A stretch of 64,000 nucleotides of DNA from an uncultured Candidatus Saccharibacteria bacterium (GTDB lineage Bacteria > Patescibacteriota > Minisyncoccia > Phycocordibacterales > CSBR16-119): assembly GCA_964589975.1 (NCBI GenBank), contig CAZPVH010000004.1:10469-74468 (forward strand), given 5' to 3'. The notes beneath the pieces are model-generated. The model did not search any database, was not told where the DNA came from, and saw only the letters and a program-made list of their open reading frames with translations. The translations under genes and the position numbers were made by a program. Shown here in pieces: positions 48,266-57,822 of this stretch; positions within the stretch are counted from its first letter, which is position 1; each line of letters opens with the position of its first letter.

Positions 48266-48290
48266 AAGCCCCGCGTGAGCGGGGCTTTTT
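48266..48290 (+). terminator. intrinsic terminator
   Basis: AAAGCCCCGC-GTGA-GCGGGGCTTTTT. Confidence 0.7.
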
Positions 48291-48499
48291 CGCTCCTAAA
48301 TACTTGACTCCACGAAACTTCTCATATAGTATGACCGTAACGCCGAAGTGAAGACTCCTGTCGTATGTCCCGCCAGTCTGGTGGGCTCAATTTTTCAGGA
48401 CTTTGCTCGGACTATTATAAAAATTAGGATGTTGACTGCTTTAATCCCTTTTGCGCGTTCTCGCGGACGGAGGTTAGGACAGCCAACCAATGTAATTAT

Positions 48500-49702
48500 A
48501 TGGCAGAAGTATTTGATAGAAGTAAGCCGCACGTAAACATTGGTACTATCGGTCACGTTGACCATGGTAAGACCACTCTTACGGCGTCTATTTTGCATGT
48601 TTTAGACATGAATAAGGCCGCTGGCTACGGAGCCCGCGTCGAGGGAATCGATGGTATTGATAACGCGCCTGAGGAAAAGGCTCGTGGTATTACTATCGCC
48701 CTTCACCACTCAGAGTACTGGACACCAAACAGGCACTACGCCCACATCGATGCCCCAGGACACGCTGACTACATTAAGAACATGATCACCGGTGCCGCTC
48801 AGATGGACGGCGCGATCCTCGTCGTGGCTGCTACAGACGGCGCCATGCCACAGACTCGCGAACACGTTCTCCTTGCAAAGCAGGTTGGTGTTCCAAAGAT
48901 GATTGTCTTCTTGAACAAAGTAGACATGGTTGATGACAAGGACATGGTTGATCTAGTCGAAGAAGAAATCCGAGAGCTTCTCACGAAGAACGGTTTCGAC
49001 GGCGCAAACACTCCGGTTATCAAGGGGTCAGGTCTCAAGGCTCTTGAAGCCAAGGATCCTTCTGATGAATGGGCTCAGAAAGTTTTGGAGCTCATGAACA
49101 CAGTTGATACATACATCCCGAATCCAGTTCGAGACACTGAGAAGCCATTCCTTATGCCTATCGAGGATATCTTCTCAATTGAAGGCCGCGGAACTGTTGT
49201 TACCGGTAAAATCGAACGAGGTATTGTAAAGGTTGGCGAGGACGTCGAGATTGTTGGTATCAAGCCAACAGCAAAGACGACTGTCACAGGAATTGAGATG
49301 TTCAACAAGCAGCTTTCAGAGGGTATGGCTGGCGACAACGCTGGTATCCTCCTCCGAGGCGCGAAGAAGGAAGACGTTCACCGAGGTCAGGTCCTCGCGA
49401 AAGTTGGTTCAGTTACTCCACACACTGATTTCGAGTGCGAAGTCTACATCTTGAAGAAAGAAGAAGGCGGCCGACACACTCCATTCTTCAAAGGCTACAA
49501 ACCTCAGTTCTACATCCGAACAACTGACGTCACTGGTGATGTTACTATCCCAGAGGGAACAGAGATGGTTATGCCTGGAGATACAGTTAAGCTAACGGTT
49601 TCTCTCGTAGCGCCGGTCGCTATGGAAGACCAGATGCGTTTCGCTATCCGTGAGGGTGGTAAGACTGTCGGTGCCGGAGTCGTTACAAAGATCATCAAAT
49701 AA
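48500..49702 (+). CDS. tuf: elongation factor Tu
   Basis: [25 protein letters not shown]-type motifs; 400 aa. Confidence 0.97.
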   Translation: MAEVFDRSKPHVNIGTIGHVDHGKTTLTASILHVLDMNKAAGYGARVEGIDGIDNAPEEKARGITIALHHSEYWTPNRHYAHIDAPGHADYIKNMITGAAQMDGAILVVAATDGAMPQTREHVLLAKQVGVPKMIVFLNKVDMVDDKDMVDLVEEEIRELLTKNGFDGANTPVIKGSGLKALEAKDPSDEWAQKVLELMNTVDTYIPNPVRDTEKPFLMPIEDIFSIEGRGTVVTGKIERGIVKVGEDVEIVGIKPTAKTTVTGIEMFNKQLSEGMAGDNAGILLRGAKKEDVHRGQVLAKVGSVTPHTDFECEVYILKKEEGGRHTPFFKGYKPQFYIRTTDVTGDVTIPEGTEMVMPGDTVKLTVSLVAPVAMEDQMRFAIREGGKTVGAGVVTKIIK

Positions 49703-49727
49703 TACGACCCACTTATAGCTCATTAAT

Positions 49728-50078
49728 ATGGCAACCAAAAAAGCACAATCAAAAACAGCTAAAAAAACAGACTCTGTGATGTTACGGATCCGGGTCAGGG
49801 CTTACGAGAATAAGATTCTTGATAATTCTGTTAAACAGATTATCGATACCGCGCTTCGTCATGATGCAGGTATCCTCGGCCCTGTTCCGCTTCCAACAGA
49901 GATTAAGAAATACACGGTGAACGCCAGCCCTTTCGTTTACAAAGATGCGCGAGAACAATTCGAGATACGAACGCACAAGCGACTCATCGATATCTTGAAC
50001 CCATCTGCGAAGACGATAGAAGCACTCACGAACTTGAACCTCCCATCCGGAGTAGAGATCGACGTGAAGATGGTCTAA
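49728..50078 (+). CDS. rpsJ: 30S ribosomal protein S10
   Basis: [12 protein letters not shown]...GPVPLPT signature; has an N-terminal K-rich extension. Confidence 0.95.
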   Translation: MATKKAQSKTAKKTDSVMLRIRVRAYENKILDNSVKQIIDTALRHDAGILGPVPLPTEIKKYTVNASPFVYKDAREQFEIRTHKRLIDILNPSAKTIEALTNLNLPSGVEIDVKMV

Positions 50079-50143
50079 CTGTATAGCTACAATGCCCTTT
50101 TAAAAGAGACGCCTTGTCAGGCGCTCTTGGGTAACTTAACTAT

Positions 50144-50764
50144 ATGATCAAATTTATATTAGGAAAAAAACTGAATATGACGCAGTTCTTCGACGAAGAC
50201 GGCAAGGTTTTCCCTGCAACTCTCGTTGAGGCTGGCCCAGTCAAAGTCATCCAGGTGAAAACGCCGGAAACTGACGGATATAATGCTATCCAGTTTGGAT
50301 ACGGCGAGATAAAGGAGTCTCGGCTCAATAAATCAACCAAAGGCCATCTAAAAGGTCTCGGAAATTTCCGACACCTCAAAGAATATCGCCTCTCTGAGAC
50401 AAACGATATGAAGGTCGGCGATACGCTTGATGCGGCAACATTCACACCGGGAGATACCATCACAGTAGAAGGCGTCTCAAAAGGAAAAGGATTCCAGGGT
50501 GTTGTTAAGCGCCACGGTTTCAAGGGTGGACGACGCTCTCACGGCCAGAAGCACTCTGAGCGTGAAGCTGGAACCATTTCCGGAGGTGGCGGACGAGCCG
50601 GAGGCCGAGTGGCCAAGGGTATTCGCATGGCCGGCCGCATGGGCGGCGACATTGTCACGGTGAAGAACTTGAAGGTTCTCGCTATTGATGCAGAAAACAA
50701 TCAGATGCTCGTAAAGGGCGCGATCCCGGGTCGACGGGGGACATTGGTAACTATTACCGGCTAG
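50144..50764 (+). CDS. rplC: 50S ribosomal protein L3
   Basis: KLNMTQFFDEDGKV, FQGVVKRHGFKGG. Confidence 0.95.
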   Translation: MIKFILGKKLNMTQFFDEDGKVFPATLVEAGPVKVIQVKTPETDGYNAIQFGYGEIKESRLNKSTKGHLKGLGNFRHLKEYRLSETNDMKVGDTLDAATFTPGDTITVEGVSKGKGFQGVVKRHGFKGGRRSHGQKHSEREAGTISGGGGRAGGRVAKGIRMAGRMGGDIVTVKNLKVLAIDAENNQMLVKGAIPGRRGTLVTITG

Positions 50765-50775
50765 AGATTAGATAT

Positions 50776-50812
50776 GGATCCCGTTAGAGGCCGCGATCGC
50801 GGACGATAACGG
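50776..50812. repeat. short palindromic element related to family 2 (collapsed TIR-only copy)
   Basis: ATCCCGTTAGAGGCCGCGATCGCGGACGATAACGG shares the ATCCCGTTAG..CCGCG..TCGC arm with the element at 8796–8926. Confidence 0.35.
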
Positions 50813-50822
50813 AAAAAAATTT

Positions 50823-51560
50823 ATGAAAACACAAAACTCACAAAAGAATACTGAAGTTTCAGAAACCTCAAGATCGCGATCTGCCTCTAACGGGATGGAA
50901 GCAACCATCTACAACAAAGAAGGAAAAGCAGCAGGGAAAATAGAATTGCCAGCGGATATCTTTGGTCTCTCTTGGAATGCCGACTTGGTTCACCAGGTCA
51001 TGACTTCGATGAACCAGAACGCGCGAGCGAACACAGCTTCGACTAAAGATCGATCTGAGGTCTCGGGTACTGGCGCGAAGCCTTGGAAGCAGAAGGGAAC
51101 AGGCCGCGCGCGACATGGTTCACGCCGTTCTCCAATCTGGGTCAAAGGAGGCGTGGCTCATGGTCCGAATCCTGACCGAAACTACACAAAGAAGATCAAC
51201 AAGAAGATGAGCGCCAAAGCTCTCTTTACCGCAATATCAAAGAAGATGAAAGACGGAGAGGTTCTTTTCGTCGATACGCTCTCGATGGGAGAGATGAAAA
51301 CGAAGGAAGCTGCAAAGGCACTCATGGCTCTTGGTGGCATTACCGGCTTCGAGCGCCTCCAAGGCTCAAAGAAAGTTGTTGCGCACATCGCAACCGCGAA
51401 GCGCGAAGATAATACCGCAAAGAGCTTCAACAACATTCCGTTCGTCGAAGTTGGCGAGATCCGAAACATCAATCTTCTCGACGTCATCAATCATCGTTAC
51501 CTTATCATTGAAAGCCCAAAGGAGTCTGTCGAATTCCTGGCCTCTAAGCTAGCAAAATAA
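50823..51560 (+). CDS. rplD: 50S ribosomal protein L4
   Basis: PWKQKGTGRARHGS...GGVAHGP; N-terminal 24-aa extension. The start could be the internal ATG at about 50895. Confidence 0.92.
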   Translation: MKTQNSQKNTEVSETSRSRSASNGMEATIYNKEGKAAGKIELPADIFGLSWNADLVHQVMTSMNQNARANTASTKDRSEVSGTGAKPWKQKGTGRARHGSRRSPIWVKGGVAHGPNPDRNYTKKINKKMSAKALFTAISKKMKDGEVLFVDTLSMGEMKTKEAAKALMALGGITGFERLQGSKKVVAHIATAKREDNTAKSFNNIPFVEVGEIRNINLLDVINHRYLIIESPKESVEFLASKLAK

Positions 51561-51561
51561 T

Positions 51562-51969
51562 ATGGGAATCTTTTCTAAGAAGACAGACGAAAAAGAAGCA
51601 AAGAAGCCAGCGGCTAAAAAGGCGACAAAGAAGACAGAAGACAAGGTTGTCTCTGCAGAACCAAAAGCTTCGAAGCCTCTCAAGGCAGAGGCAATGGACT
51701 TTGCTGGAGTTCTCCGAAATCCTAGGATCACGGAAAAGGCGGCCCATATCTCTGACCAGAATGTTTACACTTTCGATGTTGCGCCAGGCGCTTCAAAGAT
51801 TGAGATTATGAAAGCCATCAAGGCCATCTACAAGCTCTCTCCGATAAAGGTTAACGTTTCCGCTATTCCGACCAAGCGCGTCTTCCGAGCGAAGCACATT
51901 GGCGTGAAGCGCGGTGGCCGAAAGGCTTACGTCTACCTCCGAAAGGGAGACAAGATAGAATTTATTTAA
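51562..51969 (+). CDS. rplW: 50S ribosomal protein L23
   Basis: L23 core (VLRNPRITEKA...YTFDV...) with a K/A-rich N-terminal extension. Confidence 0.92.
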   Translation: MGIFSKKTDEKEAKKPAAKKATKKTEDKVVSAEPKASKPLKAEAMDFAGVLRNPRITEKAAHISDQNVYTFDVAPGASKIEIMKAIKAIYKLSPIKVNVSAIPTKRVFRAKHIGVKRGGRKAYVYLRKGDKIEFI

Positions 51970-52022
51970 TTAATTAGCAGTCTGAGAACCATCACTGTTA
52001 CTCACTATAGATTGCAAATACC

Positions 52023-52877
52023 ATGAAGAAATATAAACCAACATCAGCAGGAAGGCGCGGCATGACGGTAGTAACCTACCGCGGCGTCCTTTCTAAATCA
52101 AAGCGCCATAAGCGCTTGTCAGTCGGCAAGAAGGGCCAGGGTGGCCGAAACAATCAGGGCCGCATCACCGTTCCTCACCAGGGCGGCGGCCACAAGCAGG
52201 CCTACCGACAGGTAGACTTCCTCTACAACAAGCAGGATATCCCGGCGAAATTCACGACGGTGGAATACGATCCGAATCGAAACGCTTTCATCTCACTCGC
52301 GGTTTACGCGGATGGAGAAAAGCGCTATGTCGTCTTCCCGAAAGGCGCAAAAATCGGTGACAAATTTATCGTCGGCAAGAACGTAGATGTGAAGACCGGA
52401 AATCGTCTGCCGCTCGTTGCGATTCCAGTCGGTACTTTTGTCTACAACGTTGAGATCAAAACGAACGGTGGCGCCAAGCTTGCTCGTTCTGCCGGATCAT
52501 TCCTCCAGGTCGTCGCTCACGACGAAGGCAAGACGTTCCTCAAGATGCCATCGACCGAAGTCCGCAAGGTTCCTTCAACTGCATGGGCATGCGTCGGCGA
52601 AGTTTCAAACTCTGAGTGGAAGCTTACAAACTTCGGTAAGGCTGGACGGTCTCGCTGGAAGGGCATTCGTCCGACTGTTCGCGGTTCTGCCATGAGCCCA
52701 GTCGATCACCCACACGGAGGAGGCGAGGGCCGACAGGGAATCGGTCTACGCCGAGGACCAAAGACTCGTCACGGAAAGCTTGCGTATGGCGTCAAAACCC
52801 GAAAGTCAAAGAAATACTCAAACAACCAGATCGTTACTCGCCGAAAGACGAAGCGAAATCAGCAGACGGTTGTCTAA
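52023..52877 (+). CDS. rplB: 50S ribosomal protein L2
   Basis: GRNNQGRITV...HQGGGHKQ..., SPVDHPHGGGEG. Confidence 0.96.
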   Translation: MKKYKPTSAGRRGMTVVTYRGVLSKSKRHKRLSVGKKGQGGRNNQGRITVPHQGGGHKQAYRQVDFLYNKQDIPAKFTTVEYDPNRNAFISLAVYADGEKRYVVFPKGAKIGDKFIVGKNVDVKTGNRLPLVAIPVGTFVYNVEIKTNGGAKLARSAGSFLQVVAHDEGKTFLKMPSTEVRKVPSTAWACVGEVSNSEWKLTNFGKAGRSRWKGIRPTVRGSAMSPVDHPHGGGEGRQGIGLRRGPKTRHGKLAYGVKTRKSKKYSNNQIVTRRKTKRNQQTVV

Positions 52878-52913
52878 TAGGTAACAGGAAACAGGTTACA
52901 GGTTACAGAAAAG

Positions 52914-52939
52914 AAAGCGCCCCGCAAGGGGCGTTTTCC
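52914..52939 (+). terminator. intrinsic terminator after rplB
   Basis: AAAGCGCCCCGCAAGGGGCGTTTTCC; its position interrupts the usual rplB-rpsS cotranscription. Confidence 0.65.
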
Positions 52940-52966
52940 CATTCCTACATTTGTTATAATCCTCAC

Positions 52967-53590
52967 ATGAAACTCAATTTCAAATATGACCAAGAGAAAG
53001 ATGTAGAGAACTTCATCAAATCTGCCAAATCCGTAAACAGCAAGAAGCCGACAGGCGTCATGCAGAAATATATTGATATTTACGGAGAGAGCTTTGAGAC
53101 AGAAAAACTAAACGAATTCATTACGGAAATGTTAAATGGTGTAGATGTAAACCAAATCATTTCAGATATTACGGCGAAGTGGTCAGCCATGGAAGATGAA
53201 TTCATCATGCGCTCAGAAAAGATCTTCGGCTGCAAATATCAGGTGGAGGAAGTGACGGTATTCCTTACGACGAATTCCAGATGTACATATAATACGCTTG
53301 AGAAATATTTTTTCGTGAGCATTCCACGGGCAGATGTAGCGCATGTGACGATCATGCATGAGCTTTTACATTTCTATACGAAAGAAGCATTCGAGGATTT
53401 CATACCAAAAGAAAAATACAATGATATAAAAGAAGCGCTTACGGTCTTACTAAACGTAGAATATGCTGACCTGATGGGGGATAAAAAAGACGAAGGATAT
53501 CCTCAGCATACGCAAATGCGCCAGAAAATCATCGACTTGTGGTTAGAAGGCAAAAATATGAAGGAAATAGTGGCTATTTTGGCCGGTTAA
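52967..53590 (+). CDS. hypothetical protein with HExxH motif (putative zinc-dependent hydrolase)
   Basis: 207 aa, VTIMHELLHFYTKEAF; TGtTATAAT-N6-ATG leaderless-type promoter. Confidence 0.5.
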   Translation: MKLNFKYDQEKDVENFIKSAKSVNSKKPTGVMQKYIDIYGESFETEKLNEFITEMLNGVDVNQIISDITAKWSAMEDEFIMRSEKIFGCKYQVEEVTVFLTTNSRCTYNTLEKYFFVSIPRADVAHVTIMHELLHFYTKEAFEDFIPKEKYNDIKEALTVLLNVEYADLMGDKKDEGYPQHTQMRQKIIDLWLEGKNMKEIVAILAG

Positions 53591-53595
53591 TTTTC

Positions 53596-53624
53596 TTGAC
53601 TTATACTTATAAATATGGTATGAT
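53596..53624 (+). promoter_or_regulatory. sigma70-like promoter TTGACT-N17-TATGAT with about 75-nt hairpin-containing leader
   Basis: Canonical spacing; the leader contains TTTGGTTGGTTG...CAACCAACTAAA inverted repeat. Confidence 0.4.
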
Positions 53625-53701
53625 ATAATTAGATAGGGGTTTGGTTGGTTGCTATAGGAGGTTTAATAAGCCTTTTATAACAACCAACTAAATCTTGAAA
53701 A

Positions 53702-53953
53702 ATGACTGGCTACGAAGTCTGCATGGTAGTCCTTGCCCTGTGTGTCGCTTTTCTTGGCCTCACTCTCTTTCTCTACATCAAGACAGGTGACGGTGGCAAC
53801 TGGGAATGGTTTTTTAGTAAGTCATACAGAAAGGAATTTGAATGGCAGAGGCACAAATGGGAGCGTTTTCGCTACCTTAGTCAGGACTATGAAGGTGAGG
53901 AAGTCCCTCCTACAGTAAAGAGCGCGAATGACGATAACGATGACTGCGACTAG
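53702..53953 (+). CDS. small membrane protein, Trp-rich with acidic tail
   Basis: 83 aa with one TM helix and C-terminal NDDNDDCD. Confidence 0.45.
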   Translation: MTGYEVCMVVLALCVAFLGLTLFLYIKTGDGGNWEWFFSKSYRKEFEWQRHKWERFRYLSQDYEGEEVPPTVKSANDDNDDCD

Positions 53954-53999
53954 GAAAGGTGGCCGGTTTGGGTGAATAACTCAGACCGGCTTTTCGTTT

Positions 54000-54491
54000 A
54001 TGTCATATGCTAAAATAATTACCATGATGACGCGACGCCAAAAAGTCTGGAGGAACAGAATCATTGTCTTTTTCATTTTTCCGCTAGCCGTAATCCTGCC
54101 TATTGTTTTGATAGACAAGAAGCCTGTAGATGAGAGAGGGGTTGAGGTCCCAGAAGGTCTTGAGCTAAATGAACAGGGGTTTTTGGTTGAAAAAACTGAT
54201 GGAGGTCCAACCGTGGAAGAAGAAACGGCTTGGGCTACTGCGGAGAATGGTTTACCAGCAGGTTGGGCTATTTGGTCTGATGAGATTAGCGGAAGGCCAG
54301 TAGAGAAGTATGCACCGGTAAAAGACATGCCAAGTTTTGTTGTAAAAATAGAGGCTACCATTACTGACAAACTTGTTCGTCCTTACGAGTGTGTTGGTCC
54401 AGATGATGTGGTGTTCTGTGTCGTAGGGAATAATCCTGACGTCCTGCGTTATTTTAAAGTCCTTAAGTACTATTACGAACCAGAAGAATAA
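54000..54491 (+). CDS. membrane-anchored hypothetical protein
   Basis: 163 aa with an N-terminal TM helix. Confidence 0.5.
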   Translation: MSYAKIITMMTRRQKVWRNRIIVFFIFPLAVILPIVLIDKKPVDERGVEVPEGLELNEQGFLVEKTDGGPTVEEETAWATAENGLPAGWAIWSDEISGRPVEKYAPVKDMPSFVVKIEATITDKLVRPYECVGPDDVVFCVVGNNPDVLRYFKVLKYYYEPEE

Positions 54492-54501
54492 AGACTCGGG
54501 G

Positions 54502-55005
54502 TTGACGGATACCTTGCTTGATGATAGAAAGGAATTAAACAAGCACTCAAACAAAAGAAGAATGAAGAAAGTATTAGGCATCGACTGCGGGAATGTGATC
54601 CTCTGTCAGATGAACGGCACTCCGGTACAGGGAAGTGTCGAAGCTATCCGGTCCATCGTAGATTCCGGAATGTTCCACGACATCTGGCTGGTGTCGAAGT
54701 GCGGCCCGCGCGTGCAATCGCTTACCCGCGAATGGCTCGCGAATCTTGATTTCTGGAAGCGAACCGGCATAAAGGGTAGCAATATCGAATTCTGCCTGAA
54801 GTTCTGGGAAAAGGGACCGATCTGCGAGCGCCTCGGCGTAACGCATTTCATCGATGATCGGCCGAAAGTACTGAACTGTCTGACTACGGTCGGAACGCTC
54901 TATGCTTTCAATCCTGAACCACGCTCATTGTCGGACTATCAGCGTCCGAACCCCATGATCGTTGTACGCTCATGGGATGAACTCTTGAAGGATCTATTCA
55001 AATAG
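54502..55005 (+). CDS. HAD-superfamily-like hydrolase (5'(3')-deoxyribonucleotidase-like)
   Basis: VLGIDCGNVI (degenerate motif I) and THFIDDRPKV (motif IV-like); low confidence. Confidence 0.4.
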   Translation: MTDTLLDDRKELNKHSNKRRMKKVLGIDCGNVILCQMNGTPVQGSVEAIRSIVDSGMFHDIWLVSKCGPRVQSLTREWLANLDFWKRTGIKGSNIEFCLKFWEKGPICERLGVTHFIDDRPKVLNCLTTVGTLYAFNPEPRSLSDYQRPNPMIVVRSWDELLKDLFK

Positions 55006-55013
55006 ATCAAAAA

Positions 55014-55040
55014 CCACCGGCCATTGGCCGGTTTTGTGTT
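55014..55040 (+). terminator. intrinsic terminator
   Basis: CCGGCCATTGGCCGG palindrome plus a T-rich tail. Confidence 0.6.
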
Positions 55041-55091
55041 TTCATTGCAATTAATTAAGCAGCAGAGTAGACTTTTTTCAAAACTGAACCA

Positions 55092-55514
55092 ATGGCAAAA
55101 AAGAAAACTCCACGCATGACATATTCGTTCATGGTAGAGGCAACTAAGACAGGCTTTTCGGCTCATTCACTGCAATACGGCGCTGTTGTCGCAACAACAG
55201 GCGATACATTGGAGCAGCTCCGAACAAATGCCGCCGCGGCGATCAATCTGACTGGTAAAGCCAAAGGAACGGTGTCTGCCTGGGATATTTGCCTCAGTAT
55301 GGATGTGCGAACCTTTTTCAAGGGTAACAGGATCCTGAAGGTAGGACCTCTGGCGAAGCGGATCAATATGGACTCTACGCTTCTCTCTCAGTATGTGAGC
55401 GGCAAGAAGAAACCATCCGAAGCACAGATTGCGAGGATTACAGCCGGTATCAGAGAAATAGCCACTGAACTCTCAACGATCTCGTTTCTGGTTCCACAGA
55501 AGAAGCCTGGGTAA
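55092..55514 (+). CDS. HicB-like antitoxin-fold protein with C-terminal XRE-type HTH (orphan; no hicA nearby)
   Basis: N-terminal UPF0150/HicB-like segment TYSFMVEATKTGFSAHSLQYGAVVATTGDTLEQL; C-terminal INMDSTLLSQYVSGKKKPSEAQIARI, an HTH. Confidence 0.45.
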   Translation: MAKKKTPRMTYSFMVEATKTGFSAHSLQYGAVVATTGDTLEQLRTNAAAAINLTGKAKGTVSAWDICLSMDVRTFFKGNRILKVGPLAKRINMDSTLLSQYVSGKKKPSEAQIARITAGIREIATELSTISFLVPQKKPG

Positions 55515-55530
55515 CAACCCGGGCTTTCTG

Positions 55531-55559
55531 TTTGACATATAAAACCCTATCTGCTAGTA
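55531..55559 (+). promoter_or_regulatory. sigma70-like promoter TTGACA-N17-TAGTAT restoring transcription of rpsS-...-rplE
   Basis: 25 of 29 nt identical to the promoter at 59922–59949 (shared AAAACCCTATCTGCTA core). Confidence 0.6.
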
Positions 55560-55565
55560 TCCTCT

Positions 55566-55660
55566 CATTCGGCCTTTTGGCCCGAATTTTTTTGAAAAGT
55601 AAATATTGAGATGGCGGTGAGCCCGAAGGCGACTTCGGAACCACGACCTAGCCATGTATA
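55566..55660 (+). promoter_or_regulatory. leader region with terminator-like hairpin plus T7 run and a 17-codon uORF (possible attenuator)
   Basis: ATTCGGCC-TTTT-GGCCCGAAT followed by TTTTTTT; downstream ATG GCG GTG AGC ... TAT TGA (MAVSPKATSEPRPSHVY) contains a second hairpin CCGAAG-GCGA-CTTCGG. Confidence 0.3.
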
Positions 55661-55677
55661 TTGATTTTCGTACTTAA

Positions 55678-56040
55678 ATGACACGATCACTTAAAAAAGG
55701 TCCATACGTAGATATAAAGCTATTGAAAAAAATAGCTGGAAAGAAGCCCCAAGCAACTGGGGTTATTAACACGTGGGCGCGCGCGTCCCAGATCGCTCCT
55801 GAAATGGTCGGGTTCGTTTTTGGCGTGCACAACGGCCGCGAGCACATCAAAGTCCTTGTTTCTGAAGACATGGTCGGACACAGGCTCGGCGAATTTTCTC
55901 CGACCCGTAAGTTCCACCGACATGGCGGTAAGCTAATGAAGGAGCTTGAGCAGAAGAAGAAAGAGGGCGAGGTCGCTGCCGCGCAGGCTGCAAAGGCTGC
56001 CGCTGACGCTGGGTCATCTAAGACGCCAGCTAAGAAATAA
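55678..56040 (+). CDS. rpsS: 30S ribosomal protein S19
   Basis: SLKKGPYVD...HNGREH...GHRLGEF, plus a K/A-rich C-terminal extension. Confidence 0.95.
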   Translation: MTRSLKKGPYVDIKLLKKIAGKKPQATGVINTWARASQIAPEMVGFVFGVHNGREHIKVLVSEDMVGHRLGEFSPTRKFHRHGGKLMKELEQKKKEGEVAAAQAAKAAADAGSSKTPAKK

Positions 56041-56042
56041 TT

Positions 56043-56495
56043 ATGAAAGCCATACTTAAAAACTATCGGCAGTCTCCACGGAAGGTTCGCCTGGTGGCTA
56101 GATCTGTGCGCGGAAAGACTCCGGCGCAGGCTCTCATGATTCTTGATTTCATGCCAAAGCGTGCTGCTGAACCAATAATGAAACTCATCGTTTCAGCTGT
56201 TGCGAATGCTAAAGTAAATAACAACGTAGACGTTGCCGACCTTATCATCAAAGGCATTGAGATAAATGGTGGTGTAACCCTCAAGCGTTTCCGACCGCGA
56301 GCACGAGGCTCTGCATACCGCATCAACAAACGCACCAGCCACATCGTGGTGACTTTGGACAAGAAGCCTGGAAAGGGTGGCGTTGTCGCCGAGGCTCCAA
56401 AGGCTGAGGCTAAAGTCGCGAAGCCAGCAGCAGCAAAAAAAGCTGCGCCGAAAAAGGCGGCGGTAAAGAAAGCGGTTAAGAAAAAGGCCGAATAA
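56043..56495 (+). CDS. rplV: 50S ribosomal protein L22
   Basis: L22 core plus an AKP/KKA-rich C-terminal extension. Confidence 0.93.
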   Translation: MKAILKNYRQSPRKVRLVARSVRGKTPAQALMILDFMPKRAAEPIMKLIVSAVANAKVNNNVDVADLIIKGIEINGGVTLKRFRPRARGSAYRINKRTSHIVVTLDKKPGKGGVVAEAPKAEAKVAKPAAAKKAAPKKAAVKKAVKKKAE

Positions 56496-56499
56496 TTTT

Positions 56500-57186
56500 A
56501 TGTCAAAGAAAGTAAACCCATATTCACATAGACTAGTAGTTCTCCGAGATTGGAAATCTCGCTGGTTTTCTACGGGCAAGAAATTCGCCGAGACTCTAAA
56601 GGCGGATATCCTCATCCGAGACTTCTTGAAGAAGAAGCTTCGCGCCGCTTACATTTCATCTGTTGAGATTGAGCGTTCTCGAAAGGGAGCTAGAATCATC
56701 ATCAAGACTTCACGACCTGGCGTCATCATTGGCCGCTCTGGCGAAGGCGCAAAGAAGCTCCGCGAGGATATATTGAAAATGATGAAGAAGGCTGGTCTTC
56801 CAGTTCTCGAGGAGATGAAGATCGATATTCAGGAAGTTACAAATCCTGACGCAGACGCTCAGATCGTTGCGTATTCTATTGTCGAAGGCCTAGAGAAGCG
56901 ACTTCCGTTCAAGCGTGTTATCAAAATGACTCTTGAAAAGGTCATGGCGTCGCGCGAGGTAAAGGGTGCTCGAATTGTCGTCTCCGGACGATTGAACGGC
57001 GCTGATATGGCTCGTCGAGAGGAAGTTAAGCAGGGCTCGATCCCTCTTCAGACTCTCCGCGCCGATGTCGACTTTGCTCGAGAGCGAGCAGTTCTCTCAT
57101 ACGGAACTCTCGGTATCCGCGTTTGGATTTACCGAGGAGAAGTCTTCGAGAAAGATCGCGCTAATTCAGCCGCTAGGAATAAATAA
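56500..57186 (+). CDS. rpsC: 30S ribosomal protein S3
   Basis: KH domain and the S3 C-terminal domain (GRLNGADMAR). Confidence 0.95.
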   Translation: MSKKVNPYSHRLVVLRDWKSRWFSTGKKFAETLKADILIRDFLKKKLRAAYISSVEIERSRKGARIIIKTSRPGVIIGRSGEGAKKLREDILKMMKKAGLPVLEEMKIDIQEVTNPDADAQIVAYSIVEGLEKRLPFKRVIKMTLEKVMASREVKGARIVVSGRLNGADMARREEVKQGSIPLQTLRADVDFARERAVLSYGTLGIRVWIYRGEVFEKDRANSAARNK

Positions 57187-57196
57187 CTAAACTTTT

Positions 57197-57622
57197 ATGC
57201 TTTTCCCTAAGAAAGTAAAATTTAGAAAGTGGCAGACAGGCCGGAAAAATCCGGAGAAATTGAAGCGCCCAGATACGCGCGGAAACTCTGTCGACTTCGG
57301 ATCATATGGTCTCAAAGCTGAGTCCATGGCTCGAGTCACTTCTGCTCAGATCGAGTCTGCTCGAAAGGCTATGGTTCGCCACCTCACAAAGGAGGGTAAG
57401 ACCTGGATTCGAATTTTCCCTGATCGTCCTATAACGGCCAAGGCCGCAGAGGTGGGTATGGGTAAGGGTAAAGGAGACCTGAAGGGCTACTGTTTCGAAG
57501 TTCACCCAGGCCGCATCATTTTCGAAGCTGACGGCGCTACACCTGAACTCTGCAAAGAAGCTCTCAGGAAAGCCGGAACGAAATTGCCGTGCAAGACCCG
57601 CGTAGTTGCGAGAAATAAATAA
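57197..57622 (+). CDS. rplP: 50S ribosomal protein L16
   Basis: KKVKFRKWQTGR..., RMGKGKG. Confidence 0.95.
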   Translation: MLFPKKVKFRKWQTGRKNPEKLKRPDTRGNSVDFGSYGLKAESMARVTSAQIESARKAMVRHLTKEGKTWIRIFPDRPITAKAAEVGMGKGKGDLKGYCFEVHPGRIIFEADGATPELCKEALRKAGTKLPCKTRVVARNK

Positions 57623-57631
57623 AACTGTAAT

Positions 57632-57817
57632 ATGGCAAATATTGACCTAAAATCAAAGAAAGTCGAGGATCTCGTAAAGGAGATGAATGAAGCGGCTCTG
57701 GATCTACAGAAATCCCGCTTTAACGTCGCCGGCACGAAGAGCCAGAGAGCGAACCCATCAAAGCTCAGGAAGACGATCGCTCGGATAAAGACCGAGCTTC
57801 GCTCCCGAAATAAATAA
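57632..57817 (+). CDS. rpmC: 50S ribosomal protein L29
   Basis: 61 aa, coiled-coil, conserved position. Confidence 0.9.
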   Translation: MANIDLKSKKVEDLVKEMNEAALDLQKSRFNVAGTKSQRANPSKLRKTIARIKTELRSRNK

Positions 57818-57822
57818 ACTAT

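Noticed and set aside
48300-48499. Looked for tRNA genes upstream of tuf, a common location.
   Set aside because: No cloverleaf-compatible sequence was found. The region contains only the terminator of the lipoprotein gene and an AT-rich spacer.
50079-50143. Hairpin (AAGAGACGCC...GGCGCTCTT) in the rpsJ–rplC spacer considered as an L4-responsive S10-leader attenuator.
   Set aside because: It lies downstream of rpsJ rather than in a leader and is an imperfect stem with no U-run. A role as a mere spacer structure cannot be excluded, so it is not called.
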